Below, in pieces: positions 62,337-64,000 of a stretch of DNA of 64,000 bases (position 1 is the first letter of the stretch; each line of letters starts with the position of its first letter). The stretch comes from an uncultured delta proteobacterium (GTDB lineage Bacteria > Desulfobacterota > Desulfuromonadia > Geobacterales > DSM-12255). The stretch covers positions 384,001-448,000 of the forward strand of contig CAWBBV010000001.1 of the NCBI GenBank assembly GCA_963787125.1. Direction: 5' to 3'. Made by a program: the position numbers and the translations under genes. The notes beneath the pieces are model-generated. The model did not search any database. It saw only the letters and a program-made list of their open reading frames with translations, and was not told the DNA's origin.

Positions 62337-64000
62337 AATAAACTCCTTCCGGCAATCATTGCCTGTCCCAGCGCCAGCCCGCCGTCGTTAGGGGGGACCA
62401 GCCTGTGAGTATATACCCTGAAGCCGTCAGCTTCGAGCAGGGTCACCACCGCTTCACTTAATAGCCTGTTCTGGAAAACTCCACCTGACAGAACAACCCT
62501 GTCAAGACCGCTCATGTTACGGATTTCCCGGCAGACGGCAGCTGCGGCAGCAGCCAGCGACTGATGGAAAGTTGCTGCGATGACAGCTCGTGGCGAGCCG
62601 GCCAACAGTTCTGTTACAATGGCTTGCAGCGCCGGGCGCCAGTCAACTGTCAGCATGCCGTCACAGCTGTCGATCGTGAACGGGTAGTTCTTGCCCGGCT
62701 CCGCCTGCTCCGCCAGCCCTTCAAGCTCTATGGCCGCCTGCCCTTCGTAGCTCATACTGTTTCTCAGCCCGAGCAGTGCGGCAACAGCATCAAAGAGCCG
62801 ACCGCAACTTGAGGTCAGTGGTGAATTTATACCCTTTTGCAGCATCAGGAGAAAGAGCTTTCGCGACTCAGGCGGTATATCTTTTAAAAAAGCCAGCGGC
62901 AGCTCGAAAAGTTCAGCGCCAGCCAGCTGATACAGGAGCGCGAGAGCCATCCTGTATGGCTCCCTGGCGGCTGCATCACCGCCGGGCATGGCCATCTGCC
63001 GCAGATGACCGGCTCGGGTAAAACCGGTGTAGCCGCCGGTCAGAAACTCCCCGCCCCAGATCGTTCCGTCAGCGCCATAGCCGGCGCCATCGAAGATAAT
63101 GCCGATTACCTCGCCCTCAAGGCGGTTCTCAGCCATACATGATGCCAGGTGGGCGTGGTGGTGCTGCACCGGCAGTTTGCTGATATCAGGCAACTGGTTC
63201 GCGAAATTAGCTGAGTGATAGTCGGGATGGAGGTCGTGAGCAACAATTGTGGGGATGATGCCGCTGTTATTTTGTAACGTGGAGATGCTGTCAGCAAAGG
63301 CTGCCATTGTGGCCGCACTCTTTAAGTCACCGAGATGACGGCTTAAAAAAGCCTGATCGCCACTTGCCAGGCAGACAGCAGCTTTCAGCTCGCCACCGGT
63401 TGCCAGGACGCATCCTATCGATTGCCGGGATCAGTGACCGGGCTGGGGACATAGCCTCTGGAGCGCCGCATCATCAGCGGGTGCGTCCGGAAGACCCTGA
63501 TGACCGAGTCGTCAGAGGGTGCGTGGATCTCCCGGTTATGGGTGAGGTAATAGTCTGCAATCCCGGAAAGTTGTTGCAGCGCGTCTGCATCATTGAAGAT
63601 GATCGGCTCATCGGAGATATTGGCGCTGGTCATCACCAGCGCAGTGAAATTATCACGGAGCAGCAGATAGTGGAGCGGCGCAGCAGGGAGCATGACGCCG
63701 AAATAGTCATTGGCAGGGGCAACTTCAGGGGCGATCAGGGTGCCCGGCAGTTTTTTCAGAAGCATTATCGGACGTTCCGGTCCGCCAAGGAGCAGCTCTT
63801 CGCTCCGGCTGATCCGGGCGAAACTTCTTGCGGCTTCAATTGACGCAGTCATGAGGGCAAAAGGTTTTTCATCGCGGCGCTTTCTTCGGCGCAGCTCCAT
63901 GACTGCAGCAGAATTACATGGATCTACCGCCAGATGGTAGCCGCCTACCCCTTTAACCGCAACTATCGACCCTTGACGCAGTTTCATGATCGCCGTCTCC
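62327..64000 (-). CDS. hypF: Carbamoyltransferase HypF (5' end outside window; apparent 1-nt frameshift near 63415-63435)
   Basis: KGVGGYHL, KPFALM, MTSAN, RRSRGY in one frame; VLATGGELK...HLGDL, HDLHPDY, QHHHAH, PPNDGG in another. Confidence 0.92.

Overview
64 kb of a GC-rich anaerobic bacterial chromosome. Gene content (hypFCD/hypE, ResB/CcsA cytochrome c maturation, gltBD, many hybrid kinases, a CxxCH heme-sensor kinase) suggests Geobacteraceae/Desulfuromonadia; this is an inference. Housekeeping blocks alternate with three accessory regions. (1) 5.5-21.7 kb: a caspase + 2x DUF1566-like cassette between ~248-bp direct repeats; a ~3450-aa secreted Ig/CARDB-repeat protein with an AT-rich N-terminal Zn-phospholipase C-like domain (split by a 1-nt frameshift in a G6 run); an overlapping upstream AT-rich membrane gene (immunity candidate); and a RAYT-like Y1 transposase with perfect 32-bp inverted repeats. 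(2) 26.4-43.2 kb: a dense signalling cluster. Its minus-strand operon encodes a corrinoid protein, an MtaA/URO-D-like protein lacking the Zn ligands, DUF1638, a hybrid kinase and the most striking gene in the window: a single 1278-aa ORF fusing a complete Cu(I) P1B-ATPase to an ETR1-type ethylene-binding domain and a histidine kinase (plant RAN1 + ETR1 functions in one polypeptide), followed by response regulators. (3) 54.8-60.7 kb: a Type III restriction-modification locus with YhcG/DUF1016 and in-frame palindromic insertions in mod. All family assignments come from motif recognition by eye; no database searches were run.
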